Notes: generated from the sequence alone by a model not told the origin. A stretch of 64,000 nucleotides of DNA from the human T2T-CHM13v2.0 reference genome, Homo sapiens (GCF_009914755.1 NC_060928.1); one strand, 5' to 3'. Numbered from the stretch's first letter, positions 29,185 to 43,330 are shown. Numbers and translations: made by a program.

Positions 29185-30925
29185 GTTTTCACCTTTCTCT
29201 GGTACCTCCTTGAGTAGCTTAATAATCAACCTTCTGAACTCTTATCTAGCAAATCAGACATTTCTTGGTTTGGATCCATTGCCGGAGAGCTAGTGTGATA
29301 TTTTGGGAGTATTATAGAACCTCTAATCATATTACCAGAAGTACTTTTCTGGTTCCTTCTCATTTGGGTAGACTGTTTCAGTGGAAAAATCTGGAACTCA
29401 AGGGCTACTGTTCAGATTTTTGTCCCACAGAGTGATCCCTTTATGTGATACTCTCTTCTCCTAGGGATGGGGCTTCCTGAGAGCTTAAACTGTAGTGATT
29501 GTTATTGCCCTGCTGGGTCTAGCCACCCAGCAGGGCTCTGGGCTCTGGGTTGGTGCTGGGGAATATTTACACAGTCCTGTGATGTGCTGTGTCTTCAGGT
29601 CTCCCAGCTGTGGATACCAGCACCTGCTCCAGTGGAGGTGACAGGGGAGTGAAGTGGACTCTGGGAGTCCTTGGCTATAGTGAGCTGGTTTTTCAATGCT
29701 GGTCATGCAAGCAGTGAAGTCGTCACATGGACAGACTTGGGACCTCTGGTTAGCCAGGGTGTGCAGGCAGTGGAATTAACTGTTTTCTCCTCCTCTGGAG
29801 CAGGGTGGGTCTGTTATGAGTTGCTGTAATGGGTTGTTGATTAGCCTCCAACCAGGAGGTGGCACTTTAAAGAGCACCAGCTGCAGTAGTATAAGAGGAT
29901 ATAATCTTCCCCTGTGTTGGCCAGGGTGAGTACTTGGGTTTCTCAGGTGATGGGTGGGGCCATAGAGCTCCCAAGAGTTTCTTTGGTTATCACAGCAGGT
30001 AGGAAAAAAATCAGGTGGGGTCATGGCTAGGTGAGTCTGAGCTCAGACTCCTGGGGTGGGGCTTGCTGCAGCCACTGTGGGAGGGGATAGGGGGTGGTTT
30101 TCAGGCCAATGGATCTGTTTCTGGGGGGATTATGGCTGCCTCTGCTGTGTCATACAGGTTTCCAGGGAAGTGGGGGAAAGCTGGTAGTGACAGGCCTCAC
30201 CCAGCTGCTATGTAGCCGGCAAGGCCATTCTGGCTCCTGCTGTGCCCTGCCAACAGCACTGAGTTTATATCCAGGCAGCGGGTGTGCAGGGCTGAGATCT
30301 TGCCTCAGGCTATAAGCCTTTACACTGAGAAAGCAGGGCTCTCAGGCAGCTCATGAACCAATGGCTGTAGCTTCTACTTGTATCTGCACTGCCTGTTTAA
30401 CTCCCTGGATTCTGCTCAGGAAAATTTATGCTTAATTTAGTACAAACTTCAGCTAGAAGCTTCCTTCACCTTGTGGCCCCTCTCCAATTTCACTGGCTGC
30501 CTTCCCCAAGGACCCCTGTGAGAGGGCCAGGAAATGGCTTCCCTGGGCCTGAGCTGGGGATTGGGAGTGCCTATAGGGCTCTTCTAGTTGCTGCTTCTAC
30601 TTACGTATTTCACTCCACTCCCTAGATGAGTTTCAGCTCTAGGTAAGGTTAAATCCTCCTCCTGTGATCTGGGTTTTCATGTTCCTCAGTGGGGATGTGT
30701 GTTTGAAAGCAGGCTTCTCCCCCTCTCACACTTTTGGGAGCTCAGTTTTTTGGCTGTCTCATGGATTTTGCAGCAGCAAGCTGCTTCTTTCAAAGGGTCT
30801 GAATTGTTTTCCTGGTATGTTCCTGCAGTGGCTCTTGGAGTAAAAGCCCATGATGTGAGTCTCCACACTGTTCTTTCTGTCCAAGTGGGAGTTGCACATT
30901 AGTTCTGTCTCTTGGCATTTTCTTC
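29185..30925 (-). mobile_element. L1PB-type 5' UTR and ORF1 start
   Basis: cacctttctctggt.cctccttgagtagcttaataatcaaccttctgaa...ctcatttgggtagact...ggataccagcacctgctccagtggaggt; absent from the paralog at ~63.9 kb. Confidence 0.85.
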
Positions 30926-33900
30926 TAAAATCCTACAATATGGTTTTTAGATTGGCTGAGAGTAAACCATTCTTATGCCACCTGGAGGAAACTAGTCTCA
31001 TAGCATGATCCACAGGGGAGGGCAGAGTAAAATCAGCTGTGGGAGTAGACAGCCTCAATATAGGGATCCCAGCCAGATCTGGGGCAGCTGCCATGGATGT
31101 GGGACATTTCAGTCCCCAGAGTAGGAAGGACCTTGGGATGGCAGGCTCAACTCTCTACCTCCCTCTGAGGGGAAGACTCAAGCTGGGGAACCCCTAGGGG
31201 ATGAAGGTTGAGATGATCCACATGAAGTACCCATCAACCATGGGCAGTGTCTGTGCAGAATGTATCCAGGGTGGTGTCTTAATCTTTGATTCTGGATGTA
31301 GAATGTCTTAAACTGCTTGTCGTTGTAAAACGGAGGTATATTTGACTGGTTAATTGCCAGATGACTAAAACCTTACTTTTTACTTCATTTTGGAGACTTT
31401 GAAGGCCTGATTCAGAGTTGAAGGCTCAGAGTTGAAAGAAACGTGGTAGACTTACAGTAGACTTCCCTCACACCCCAGGTAGCTCCCTCTTCATGTCAGG
31501 TGTGTTAAATGAGGCTTGTATACTTGTATGCCTACCATGTGACAGAAGCTGTGATTTACTCCTAACTCTCATCTTATTGCTAAAGACTTGGCTGGAGAAA
31601 AGCTAATATGCCTGCACGACATTCTTGTTCCCTTTCCTAGGAAAAGGCACCTAGACCTTACAGCAACAGGCCAGGATGGCATGGTCCTGGTGGAGTGGGA
31701 GCAGAAGCATAGAAGCACTTAAAGTACATCCCCCATGAGTATTCACTGTTCCCTGCCCAGGTAGTCTTAGGACCTCCTGAGTCCCATGTCCTGCCTGGGC
31801 CCATCTGTGAGGTGGGGGAGATGCATCTTCACTAGATGAAGGGCACAGCTAGATTTAGGATCTTGGCTTTTCTTCAGATATTATCCTCCAGGTTTCCTGA
31901 TATACCTTGGAGCCAAGACTTGATAGGTGGGGATTCCACTCCAATCCATACCACAGACTAATTGTCTGAGGGAATTCTGTGTACTAGATACAGACTGAAA
32001 AGAGTTGGATTCCATTTACCTCTTCACCTGCCTCCACCCATTAACATAGATTAATCTCTCCTGAAACTTCTGTAGACCACTGCCACCCATGCCTCTGGGC
32101 TTGGTCAGTCATCCTCACATCTGCTACAATGGGCCACCTTCTAGAGCTGCTGGCCAATTTGGGAATTTTTAGATATGGTTCATGTTTTTTCACCCTACAT
32201 TGCTTTAGGGTTGGGGCTTCTTACTATGCTTTAGGTTTCAGCTCAGAAGTTACTGTCTCACCTTCGGTCATCTTCCTTCATGGCTGGTCACCCTATGTGC
32301 TCCCCAAGATGCTCAGAAACTTAATGGTGTGGCTCCAAGCTTCAGACACCGACTTGTACTTGCTGAGCCTAGCAGAGTGGGAGGGGAAGCTGGGCACTAG
32401 GTTACATTCTCATTAGTCTTGCCAAGGATTTTGGACATGACCTGACATGTAGTAGGGAAGCTGTTAAGAATTACAGGTGATTTGCAGGTGTTTGTCATCA
32501 GACTTAATTTTATAAACTTGCCATTCTAGAAAACAAAGATGTCAGGAATCATGGGCAGGGGAAGCCATTTTGAGTGTCCAAGTCTTGGTGAGAAATGGAA
32601 TAGGGTGGCAGGATTGGAAATGCAAAAAACATTTGAAGGACACAAGAGATGTAATCAATAGGATTTGGTGGCTCCTGAAATCCTTACCGGGAATATGGGT
32701 AAACATAAAGACAGCATAATGGAGGGGATCTAGTGTCCAGGTCCAAAGATAGCCATACTCAAAAGCACCCAATGATGGAGACATGTATAAGATACATGAG
32801 TAGCCATGGTGTAGGACTCAGCCAAATGAGTCATAAAGGTAACTTGGCTTTCACTGGCTAATACTTCAATATTCCACTGGCTTCAACTTTTAACATTAGG
32901 CCCTCTTTTATGCTGGACTACCTCTGGCATTGAGAGGTTTTATTTCACCATTGCAGCAGTACGACTGGGATATAATACCCAAACTTGAGTTGCAGAGTAA
33001 AACTGTTACCCAAAACTATAAGTTTCCAAATGCAAGGCTTTCTAAAATGGTGGTTTAACATAATGTAATACAACATAGGTATGTGGCCTGAGGTTGTAGC
33101 TTATAAACCATATCCATATATCAGACAAAACAAGACAGAATTCTGAAAGGGAGTCAAAGATAAAAACTACAATGTGACACTGCTAATAAAGTCTTGTAAC
33201 CTTGTACAGATTGTAATCCTGGCCCTACCTACCATGATAGGATGTATATGTTGTCAGGTTAGCTTCTACCAACCTCAAGTGTCCTACAAGTTGAGCTTAG
33301 GTGCCTACTTGTATTCTGGCTAATCAAGGGGCAAGAGTTTAGTACTTGCAAGAGGATCTTTACCATCACCAGTAGTCTGTACCACCTGGTATTTAAAGGA
33401 AGCCCTTCTGATGTGATGCCAAATTCAACCACACGTGTAATATACTAGCTAACCTCATCAGATTGCCTCTGCTTCTCCCACTGTGTGGTGGGCCAACCAT
33501 GCCTAACCCTTCTAAAGTTGATCAGCTGATTTAGACATCAATCTGGCTTTGAGTGTAGTAGTCAGATGTTAGCTACTGGCAGGTTCAGGTGCAGTTCTGC
33601 TGAGGAACCTCATGCGAGAACATCACCAAGAACATGTAGGGCTATGGAGCACTTGTCACATTGTGCAAGTTCTGGCCCCTGAGGCTAGTGTATTCAGTAC
33701 CTCACCAGAATCCAGGTAAACAGCAGCTTGTCATCCAATTGTGTGGCCTGGGCAAGATTAGCAAAGCCATTTGTATTGTCTTGGGTCTTTGGGCTAGAGA
33801 TGTAAATACAGGGCTTGGGCATGAGGTTACTCAAGCAGCCCTGGTGAAGTGTAGAAAAGTAGCAGGAAGTAACTAGCTCTTTTGTTTCCTGCTGTGGGTC

Positions 33901-34269
33901 CTCTGGGTAGGCCTGGATTCCCTGGGGTGGATTCAGTACTTACACGCGTGATCCTTGAGCAATGTCACATGGATGTGTGAAGCTTGGCACTGGAAGTCCC
34001 AGTTGCATGATATGTCGAAGATCAGTCAAGACAAAGCAGGGGTACAATAGCATTAAAAGATCAGGTTATCTGGTGTTTTCTGGGGAAGCATTTCAAAACT
34101 GAGGGGGGAAGTATCACTTGTCAGTAGGTAGGTGTGCCAATTATGGATTCTTTGGCTTAAAGTTATGAAGCCATGACAGTAAGACACTGTGGGCCCTAGG
34201 AGAAGTGAAGTTCTACTCCCTTAAGCCCTGGCTTTTTATTAGATTAAGAAACTATGGGATTCACTACTA

Positions 34270-34690
34270 GTTAGCTAACCCAGTACCCATATGTAACCCC
34301 TTTTCCATCACCAAAGTAGCTGTGAAAGGAATACATTGCTAAACTAGCCTCCAGAGAAGGTGAATGTAAGAGATAAGTCACAAACATAAGTCTGCTGGTA
34401 GGCTCCTGGGAAAGCTATTTATTTGACTAAAAATAGCATAGCAGATACTGCTCTACCCTGTATTTGTACCTGAAATATCCATGATATCTGGAGCTTAGCC
34501 ATCTTGGGCCTTAGGTACAAGCATGTTGATAAATATCCTAAAGATCATAGGGTGAATAGGACCTGGTGACATCACTGTACAGTACAAATACCAGTAATTG
34601 CCTGTCTTCAGACTTGCTATATATGGAAAACAATCCTTGATGTTCAAGCCAACTGTTACTGTGTACGTCCAAATACATACCTGAACCACT
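34270..34690 (+). mobile_element. MLT1J-type MaLR LTR
   Basis: gagataagtca...tcctgggaaagct...tggagc..agccatcttgg...cagacttg...tgttcaagcca. Confidence 0.6.
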
Positions 34691-34982
34691 GGATAAGACT
34701 CTAAATTTCAAATCTTAATTCATTCTCTTCCAAAGTTTCTGTAGTCCAGAAAAGGAAGAACAAGGCCAGGCTGCTTACTTGTATCATAACGGTTCTCCAG
34801 ACTGGTCATTGAGATGAGGCAAAGGTAAACAGTCCTAAATATCCTTAGTCTGAGATGGACAAAGATGTACTCCCTTTATTTCTCTACCTAAAATGACTTC
34901 AACACTTCAGTTAAATTCAACAAACCTGAATTACTTTTAGGTTAAGAATTTTCAGGTAAAACCAGTTGACTCACTCTTCCAC

Positions 34983-36120
34983 ATGTACTTAGTTTTTGTT
35001 CTTCTAAAAGCTGACGCTGAGACAAGGATTTGGGTGTAAGTAACTAAATTGTGGGGGTGATGGCAGTAGCACACTGAGGGAGACAGAAGTGAGACAAGGC
35101 AAGTAAAACAAAACGTTGGTGAGAAGGTGAGCCCGGTGGGCAACTGGGCCCAATTCTGAGGAATGGTCTAGGTGGACTTCTGGGGGAAATCAACACATCC
35201 CTGCCCCTCACTCACTGATGGTCCTTTCCAAGGACTAATTGCAAGTGCTCTCGGCCTGCCCTGCATGCAGGCAAGCATGGTCCTATGGCAGGAGAGCACA
35301 GGCAGAGACGGATAGCTATTGGCATGTGTCTGCAGCTGACCGCTGGGTGACTTGAGCAAATATCCAAGAGGAGCTGAGTGTTTGGTGTAACTTGCAGCTA
35401 GATGCACTTGTGCCGCATATTGAGTTCACTTATTCTCAGCTTGAATGGTCACCATCTTGAAGAACCACCCTTTAGAAAGAAACTGCAGTAAAAGAGTGAC
35501 AAGTGACACTCACCACAGCTGCAACTCATCCAGAGATGGTAACGATGTCCATCTCTTCTAACCACACATTCTAGAGGCTTTTCCATGCTCTGCCAATATC
35601 TATGCTAATCTTGATTGCTTACTCAGTAAAGTGACCCAGACGATGACTCATGAGAGGCCTGAGCACCTTGTACTTGTCAGACCATCATTGCTGCATAATC
35701 TGGTTCCTTACCTCATGGTGGCAACAAAGTACTGTGGTGAACCCCGTATATCTAGATATAATCCTCCCTTACATAACAGAACCTACTTGAACAGGATAGG
35801 CGTCAACTACCCCTGCCAATAGAATAACTCCTCTCTGCTTGATGGTCTACTGGTATGAAATGCCTAACCCATTCTACAGCTCCTAAAAGATGTATCTGCC
35901 TCTAGGGAATCAACAGCTCTGATCCTATGGGGGTAAGTTTGTGAGACAGGAAGCATTTCAGTCTCCAAGTGGGTCACCAGTATGTGACAGAGGCCATACA
36001 TCTACTTCTTGGCTATTGGACACCATACTATAGTTTTGGGGGCCAAAATACTGTTATGGCTGCTCAACTTACAGTACAACTTCATATGCTACTGGGATAC
36101 TTAAGGGTTGATATGAAAAC
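34983..36120 (-). mobile_element. LTR33-like ERVL LTR with adjoining ERVL internal 3' fragment
   Basis: aagctgacgctgagacaaggatttgggtgtaagt...gaagtgagaca...gtgggcaactgggcc, followed by reversed ERVL-type internal sequence. Confidence 0.65.
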
Positions 36121-38270
36121 AGGGGAAACCTCTCCCTAGTTGAGGTGCAAAAGCAAAAGTACTAGGTCTCTGGGTAAATAGCCAAAATGGAAAACTAGTA
36201 TGGAAGGCGGCTGAGATCACATGGCTCCATCTGTGCTCAAGCTTCTCATGTTTCTTAGCTCATCTGGGATTCTTACTGCCTGAACCATCTACCAGGTGTT
36301 CGCTCATTTTCTTGGTGCCTTTTACCTCTCGGAAGTGGTTCCTCAGGTACTCACAGGGGTGAGGGGTTTGCATGCTTGCCAAGTCCAGTACATGTGGACT
36401 TGGCAGACTGTGGTTCAGATTTCTATTTATGGCCTACTGGGTGGGAACCCATCTCTTCCTGGGAAGAGGGTACTGCTGATTCAGGATGTCTTGGTGCTTT
36501 CACAACTTGCCTCTGCCAGATAGTGGCTCATGCTTTCCAGGAATTAGGGTAAGTTCACCTAAGAGCAATAACTTGAGCATATCCTGAGTGTGAGACACTG
36601 TGTGGCAGATGCACCTGAACGTGCTCAGAGCTAGGGAATCCAAGAGTGGCCAACCTGGGGGATTTGTTCCCTGTCTGTGAGGAACCTCAGGGCCCCTGGC
36701 CTTTGGAACATGGGCTGTATGGGGGATTGAGGCCCTGAGTTTTGGGTTAAATGAGTTGTCAGGTGGAAATCCTTAAGGGGAGGATGCTACGTGAACTGCA
36801 TGCTGTTAGCAAGTGGTTGTGGCTTTCTTGCCTAGCTCACCACCACTGGGCTGTGTTACCTTGTCCAGCCCACTGCCACTGGACTGCAGGAAGGCAGACG
36901 TGTTATCCAGCCACTGCCACTGGACTGCAGGAAGGTGGATATCTTGTCCAGCCCACCGCCACTGGACTATCTGTATGTAATGCAGTTCTGTCCAGTCTGC
37001 TGCCGCTTATTCTGTATGTAAGCCCCCAGTGAAACTCCATGTCTTGTTTGCTAGTTTTGGGTCTCTTTTGCCTCCTGAACATGATATCTTCCCTATTGAG
37101 GTTAATAGGGGTTCAGCACAATGCCAGGGCCACATCCTTGTGGTCAAAATGGAAGCCCAGGAACCTCATAGGAAAAGGGGGTGCTCAGGTACAAATGGGC
37201 CAAGGGGCTGACAGCATCTTTAGCCTGTGTGGACTGATGCTGGGTGCATGGAAACTTGTGATAAGATAGGTGATATGAAAGACTGTCAGCAATTTGGGGT
37301 GGGTCTTAAGTCTGGGCTTTCAAAGTATAGATCCTAGGATGAGAATGTGAGGGAATAAGGATATAGAACCAAGTAAAATTCCATGTAAAAATCCTTAAGT
37401 TGGTAGAGAAGGGTGAGGGTAAAGAGGTGAGCAAACATGTGATAACTAAGCATAGTCCCATGGGTGGTAACTCTAGTTCATCATGGCTGAAGAACTCTGG
37501 AGGGAGAACAGGTCATACCTCACATGTTTCAGTAAGTGGCAAGGGAGCGAAATTACTTACACCCCCTCTCTCTGTCATTGGATAAAGCCAGTCACTATAG
37601 GGACATACCCCAGGCTCATTGAATTCTCTTTCTTTGGGCTGGCTCCCTGAGAGATGAAACAATGCTAGCTGTTAGCAGTAAAATCACCAGGAGCTATTGT
37701 CCCTGAGATGGGAGAGGGACCTACGGAGGTGTTGGCAGAACACTGGCAGTCTCTTGGGGGGGGTCTCTAGAAGCCTGGAGTTTGAAGGGAGAAACCCTAG
37801 TCTGTTCCTTCCTAAATGCTAAGAAATCAAACACGTTCTCAAAATGAGGTGCCATGGTTGTCATGAACTTAAAGCGAGACCAAGCAATGTGGTTTCAGTG
37901 TGAACTCCCCAGAACCTGAGTCATGTGAAACAAATGAAACATTCTCAGGAGAAACTAGTGGAAAAACGGAGGCAGAGCAGGGGTTGGGAAGGAAGCTAAG
38001 GCTGTGATCTCTAGCAAAAATCATACTACAGGCTATGCAGACTCCTTGGATCCCCCAGGGCAGCACTAGACTGCAGGATACACCTCAGCTGTGCATCTTC
38101 TCTTCATCACACTGACAGCCATTCATTAGTGACCTGGTTTGGAAGGTCTGCAATGGGTGATTCTGGCTGCATATGTGTGCGCACACAGGCAAACGGGTCT
38201 AAGAACCCAAGTGCAGTGCTGCAAAATGGCTGCAGGTGCTGCTGTCTGAAGTCATGCAGAGGCTAGGACT
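35550..38270 (+). repeat. Ancient duplication block A, copy 2
   Basis: Collinear with 18480-20670 apart from the LTR47 insertion. Confidence 0.85.
36542..37123 (+). mobile_element. LTR47 (ERVL) solo LTR with an internal ~39-bp tandem repeat
   Basis: gcaataacttgagcat..tggcagatgcacctgaa..gagctagggaatcc..gattgaggccctgagttttgggttaaatg..ccctattgaggttaataggggttc; TSD CCAGG at 36537-36541 and 37124-37128; empty site at ~19538. Confidence 0.85.
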
Positions 38271-38394
38271 GAGAAAGGAAATGGTAAAAAGGAATGAGAA
38301 AAGTGGGCATGGCTTAAATATGGTTCACTAGTAACACCATATTTAGAAAGAAAAGTACAAAGAGTAGGTGGCAGGTAGAGCACTCTTCCCTTTT

Positions 38395-38577
38395 TAAAAT
38401 TTTGGTAGTTTCTGGAACAGGTGGTTTATGGTTACATGGATGAGTTCTTCAGTGGTTATTCTGAGATTTTGGTGCACCTGTCATCTGAGCAGTATAAACT
38501 ATACCCAATGTGTAGCCTTCTATCCCTCACCCCCTTCCCTTGAGTCCCCAGACTCCATTTATATCATTCTTATGCTC
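38395..38577 (-). mobile_element. L1PB-type 3' end fragment
   Basis: gaacaggtggt..tggttacatggatgagttctt.agtgg..ttctgagattttggtgcacc...atatcattcttatgc. Confidence 0.85.
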
Positions 38578-39064
38578 TGCAACATGCCTGACTGTCCTTA
38601 GAACATAACATCTCACAGCTTACAGGTTCATCTTTGGGCTTTATTCCAAGAACAAGACAACTTTCAAAATGGTCTCATGGGAATGTCTGCTTTTCCACGG
38701 CTCACCTGGCATCTTGGAAGATAGTGATATGGGAATTCCCAAGAGTTAGAATCTTTGCAAATAGCCTATTCCTGGTTTTCTTCAAGTAATAAAATCCTTA
38801 GCATCAGTAATGCAATGATTGGCAACCTTTGGCTACCTGGCCTATCTGTGCAGGGGTCCTGTGCTGCATTCTTAGTCACTTTAACTCCTAGGCATGATTT
38901 CAGGACTGTTTTTTGGGGGAACAGTCGGTGAATCTTCTGTAGAAATTGAAGTTCTGGAGGTACAGTTCCTACTGAAGACACTCCTGTGCTTGGCCCCCAT
39001 TTCATGTTAGAACAGCAGCTTGACTAGCATGTTCACTGAACAAGTGAATCACATGTTTCTAACT

Positions 39065-39480
39065 GTCAGAGGATGGATGGGATTTCCAGGAAGCAGATCA
39101 TCAGATGGAGGTGAGCCTCAGGAAGCTCACCAGGGAGTGGTCTTGGGCTCCACACCTGTGAAAGCGAAGGAAAGGAAGAAGTGGAGCTGTGATGCCTTCT
39201 TCAAAGAAGCTTCAAGCCAACCCTGTCAGGGGGTTTTGAAGCCAAGGTCCTTTTAGAGCTATCCTGCCTGCATTGGGATGAGGGGTCTGGAGTTTTAATC
39301 TCAGGTGGAACATTGGATGCCAGCCACCCAGGAAGAGGTGTGACTTCTGGTGAGCCAAGCCCAAGAGGGGCGGACTGCTGACATCTGCCTGCCTGCCTGT
39401 GGGCATCCAGTAGCTGGGAGAACAAACCTTTCATTCCTGAAAGGTTTATGTAAAAGCACATGGCAGAAAACACACTGAAC
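39065..39480 (-). mobile_element. LTR16-like ERVL LTR
   Basis: ccaggaagcaga..agatggag...cttgggctccacacctgtg..aaggaaaggaag..gagctgtgatgc. Confidence 0.65.
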
Positions 39481-39849
39481 ATCTAGACCTAATATGAACC
39501 TCAAAAGCAGTAATAAGGTTTATTTTCATGCCTTATGTGGTGAGTAGGAAGTCACAGGCTGTCCTAATCAGATAAATGATTTGGTTGAAGTCGAGTCAAC
39601 CTCATCTTTGTCCTGGAATTCTTGTACCTTTTGGGGCAACAGGGCTTCAATGTTTTGACTCAGAGCAGAACGAGAATTGTCAGGAGGAAACCCCATGGCT
39701 GGATTCACCACTGTCCAAGGGAAGTGGCCTGAGGGCTCAGCTGGGTGGTCATGAAGGCAAGGGTGATGGATTGGTATAGGCACTCCTTCCTGTTGCTGAA
39801 CACTGCTCTCCTTGCACTACCTCCTGGTAGGAACACCTGTCTCGATCGT

Positions 39850-41900
39850 TATCTTGGCAGCCACCTCATAAGCATATATGCTACATCTATAAAGACAAAG
39901 TACTGCTCTCAAATATGTCCTGGAGAATACAAATTCAGAAGCTTATCACCACCTGTGTGACTTCCATAGCAATGACTAGTGTTAAAGCAAAGAACTAAGT
40001 CTTTTGAATATAAACACAAACCAAACTGGGGATTAACTGAGTGGTGTCGTGATTAGTAACAGCAGCCCTCATGTTGGCATCACCAGTTGGAATTACCTGA
40101 TTCCAGGGAACCCTGGTTCCCGTGGGCTTCCAAACCAAAGGGACAGATCGGAGTTCTAACCTCATTGCTCAGTCTGGGTTCCTCCAGCCGCTCAAATTTT
40201 GGATGCTTTCAGAGCCACCTCTTAAGGATGACTTTGGGGGCCATGAACAGACAACTAACTATGCCCAGGAAAATCATGAGTTCGTCTGGGTCAATAGAAT
40301 AAATGGCACACAGAATGTGAGAAGACTAGAACAGAACAAGGTAACTGCATCTGAGCAATTGTGAGATAACTTGGTACATAGTAAAACAATTGGGAAGGGT
40401 GGGGGGTAACTTCTGGAAGGGAGGATCCATATGCCTCAGATAACACGTCAGCATGGAATTTATAAAGCAAACGGCCAAAAGCCACATTGTGGCAATTCAG
40501 GATTGGTGTAGACTCCTGGCATGGGTGGTCATCTCTATTCTGAATGGAGTAGCCTTGGGTGTGTCCATAGGGATCTACAAGCTGACTTCCACATCTGAAC
40601 TTACTCCAGTACTTAAGTTGTAGTTTTAACCCAAAACTTCTATACTGCTGGCTTGTGTTGTGATGCAGATGCCAAGGTGTGGGGTTAGATGCTCAAGAAC
40701 TTTGGGGTGGGGAAAGTTCTGTGAGGGAAACTGAGGGAGCTGGAAGAGTCTGGGAAGAGGACTATGATGCAGGCCTGACTCTGAAGGAAAGATGTTAGGT
40801 AGGAAGTGGGCTGAGACTGAGGTGTGTGACATTGTTTTGGCAAGGATAAATACCAGAGCCCAAATTGCCCATCAGAAGTCCCAAGTGCCCTAAACAGGGC
40901 TGCTTGAGCATCCTAGCTGCACTCAAGTATCGGATGAAGCAGCACATGGGAAGAATGACATTCTAATAAGCATAGTTGGCTCCCGTGCTATACAGCTCTA
41001 CTTCTCTACACAGGTCCACAGAAGAGTGACTTTGTGTCCCTTAGGACTCTTCAGGGGAACTCAAGGATGCATGGGATGAAATGCAGCTCCTGTGTCTAGA
41101 TTGATCCCAGGTTGCAATGAACACTAATCTGCCACAACAACTATCCACTCTGAATTTTCTTAGCCCTCAGCTATAACCTTGGCTGAGGGCTAGTTCTTAG
41201 CTGGTAGGATAAAAATCTTCATACTAAGGGGCCTGAACCACTAGTAAGCTCTAGCTTTTCAAGGTAGGTTGTTGAATTAGTTACAGTGGGTCAAGGGAGT
41301 ACCAGGAGATGCCCAAGTAGATGACCCAGGTTTCATTCATACATGTTAATGTACAAACCACCTCCTGTTACCCCACAAGGATAACTCAGTGAACCCAGTG
41401 GCTCACAGGGAATGATGGAAAGTATGACTAACCTTCTTAGTTTCTGCATCCATGTAGTCTTCCTATAGGGGATACAGTATTACACAGATGCCTCTAACAC
41501 ACTGCCTCATAAAGGATGGTGTCCCAAAATGTCAGCATGTTTACTTGGAGTCCATGCTTCTGTTTCCTGAAGGCTGTGTCACCATTCTGAGACTCCCTGC
41601 CTCTAAATGGTTTTGTGATATGGCCGGTAGACCTTGTGATCTGGGGCCTGTCTATCTTTTGTGACCTCAATCCAGTGGTAACACACTTTGCTGTATGGGG
41701 CTCCATACCTGTGGATGAAGCACAGGAGTCCCCGGAGTGGGAGGTAGCTGAGACTTCATAAGCAGGAGAGACAAACCCATATCAACATGAGATATCTATT
41801 CCTGTGAACATGAACTTCTGGCTTTCCCAGAACGGGAAGGGGCTTAATGTAGTCAACTTGCTACCATGTAGTGAGTTGGTCTCCTTATACTGATACATTG
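39850..41900 (+). repeat. Ancient duplication block D, copy 2; paralog ~49250-51110
   Basis: gccctcatgyt.gcat, ttggga.gggtgggg, ccatatrcctca, ggtcatc..tctgaatggag, aaatgcagctcctgtg and tggtagga anchors. Confidence 0.8.
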
Positions 41901-43330
41901 AGATTCAATGTCTGACAAGTGGGTCTTTCAGAAGAAATGGTAACCAGAATTTCTCTAGGAAATGGCAGTCCATGTTGGGCACACATGTTATCTTCCATGT
42001 CTGCTACCGTGGCTACAATATGCATTTACCCATTAGCTGCTGAAAAAGCCTGGCCGATACCCAGTGGCAGAGCTATTTTGCCTGTTCACCAAACAGACAA
42101 AACGTCTGGCTTGTAGTGTGTCTTAACAGGTGATGTAAAAATCTACAAGTCTTAAGCATCCATACATCCCATCTTGGACTTCTAATTTTTCCAGTCTTTT
42201 TATCCAGGCCTCTGACCAGGTAGCTTAAGCACTGGTCACTGCCCAGGCATCAATACATATTCTAATCTTGAGCTGCTGCTTTTGCCACCAAATTTAATTC
42301 TTGGTGGAACACTTGGATTTGTTACTTTCCTGTATATGGCCTGAGGCATATCTTCATGGCTGCCACAGCCACAGAGTACAGCCAAGATGCTTTAAACATG
42401 GTCTTCATCTAGCATTTGGGAAATAATGGGATCTCTTTCCTGATACCAACACAGTTTCAGTGATGCCACAGGCTTGTAAATGCCTACAGAGCCCAGGTTT
42501 GTGGCTCAGGAAGATACCTGCTGTTGGTGTCTGAGCCCTTTGAATAAATATTGTGAGATTACTTGATAATGAAGAAATTCTTGAAGTAAAACTGAGTCTT
42601 AGCAGCAAAGTTAAAGGAAATAAGCTGCCCCTTGGGTATTGCGGGATGTGATTGGTAATGCCAAGGCCTGTTGGCAGACCTCATGCTGAGGATCAGGTAA
42701 TGAGACTGAGTGACAGCTGTCATTTTTCAGTGGAGGGGTGATGGCAGAAAATCTGAAGTGGCAAACCCTTAACTGAAGTCCTGTTGGATAAAGTGTGGTG
42801 ACAGGATGGGATAGAAATCTATAGCAACAAGTTACATCAAAGGTCTGATATCCTTTCAGGACTCTGTATCGAGTTTAGCATGAAGGCTGATCTCGTTAAG
42901 TTCCTAATAGGTTAGCATTCCAAGGTTAAGTGCTCACAAGAGGTGTGCACTTGGAGGACATAGTATGCCTGCCTCCCTAGCCCCTCGGTCAATTGCTGAT
43001 CTGTGTCCAGAGTGGGGAACTGCTGTGTCATTGGAGGAAAGAAATCTAAGTCATAGGCAGATAGCATCAGACAACCTCCGTCATTCAGAATCACATCAGC
43101 TACAGTGGGCTGTAGGGTGTCCACAGGAAAGCATCCAGTGAGCCGCCTCAGGTATTAGGTTCAAGAACGGTGCATTCTGTGACCTATATTTTATGTCTAC
43201 ATTTCAAACGAACCAACTCTTGGACAGTGAGAAAGTAGACTGTGACACTTGAGCTTCCTCTGAGGGAATGTAGTATGAGGTCTGAGTCCATAGGACATCG
43301 CTGTTAACTGATTCTCCAGTTTCCCTTGCC
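40650..43330 (-). mobile_element. ERVL LTR plus degenerate pol/gag internal region
   Basis: Minus-strand translation near 41940-42040 gives WVNAYCSHGSRHG and QHGLP, resembling ERVL integrase WAHEQSGHGGRDG..QHGLP, with stops and frameshifts. Confidence 0.7.

Larger units (their letters stand above)
26900..31000 (+). repeat. Ancient duplication block Y+Z, copy 1; paralog ~58380-64000 (Y part also at ~55020-56130)
   Basis: Anchors: atggcttggaccac (26932/55049), caggcaggagcagtc, aactttcatgcc (27587/58991), catagtccatgtg, ggcagctgctactt (28264/62943), ggctctaaa, ctgtccaat, ttcttrtgccacc (30970/63965). Confidence 0.85.

Noticed and set aside
36825-37005. CRISPR-like repeated units
   Set aside because: They are the internal tandem repeat of an LTR47 in eukaryotic DNA, with related spacers and no cas genes.
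42972-42984. PRDM9 13-mer match CCTCCCTAGCCCC
   Set aside because: About one match of this degenerate motif is expected by chance in a window this size, and the THE1 at 59.3 kb carries the non-matching CCTCCCCAGCCAC variant.
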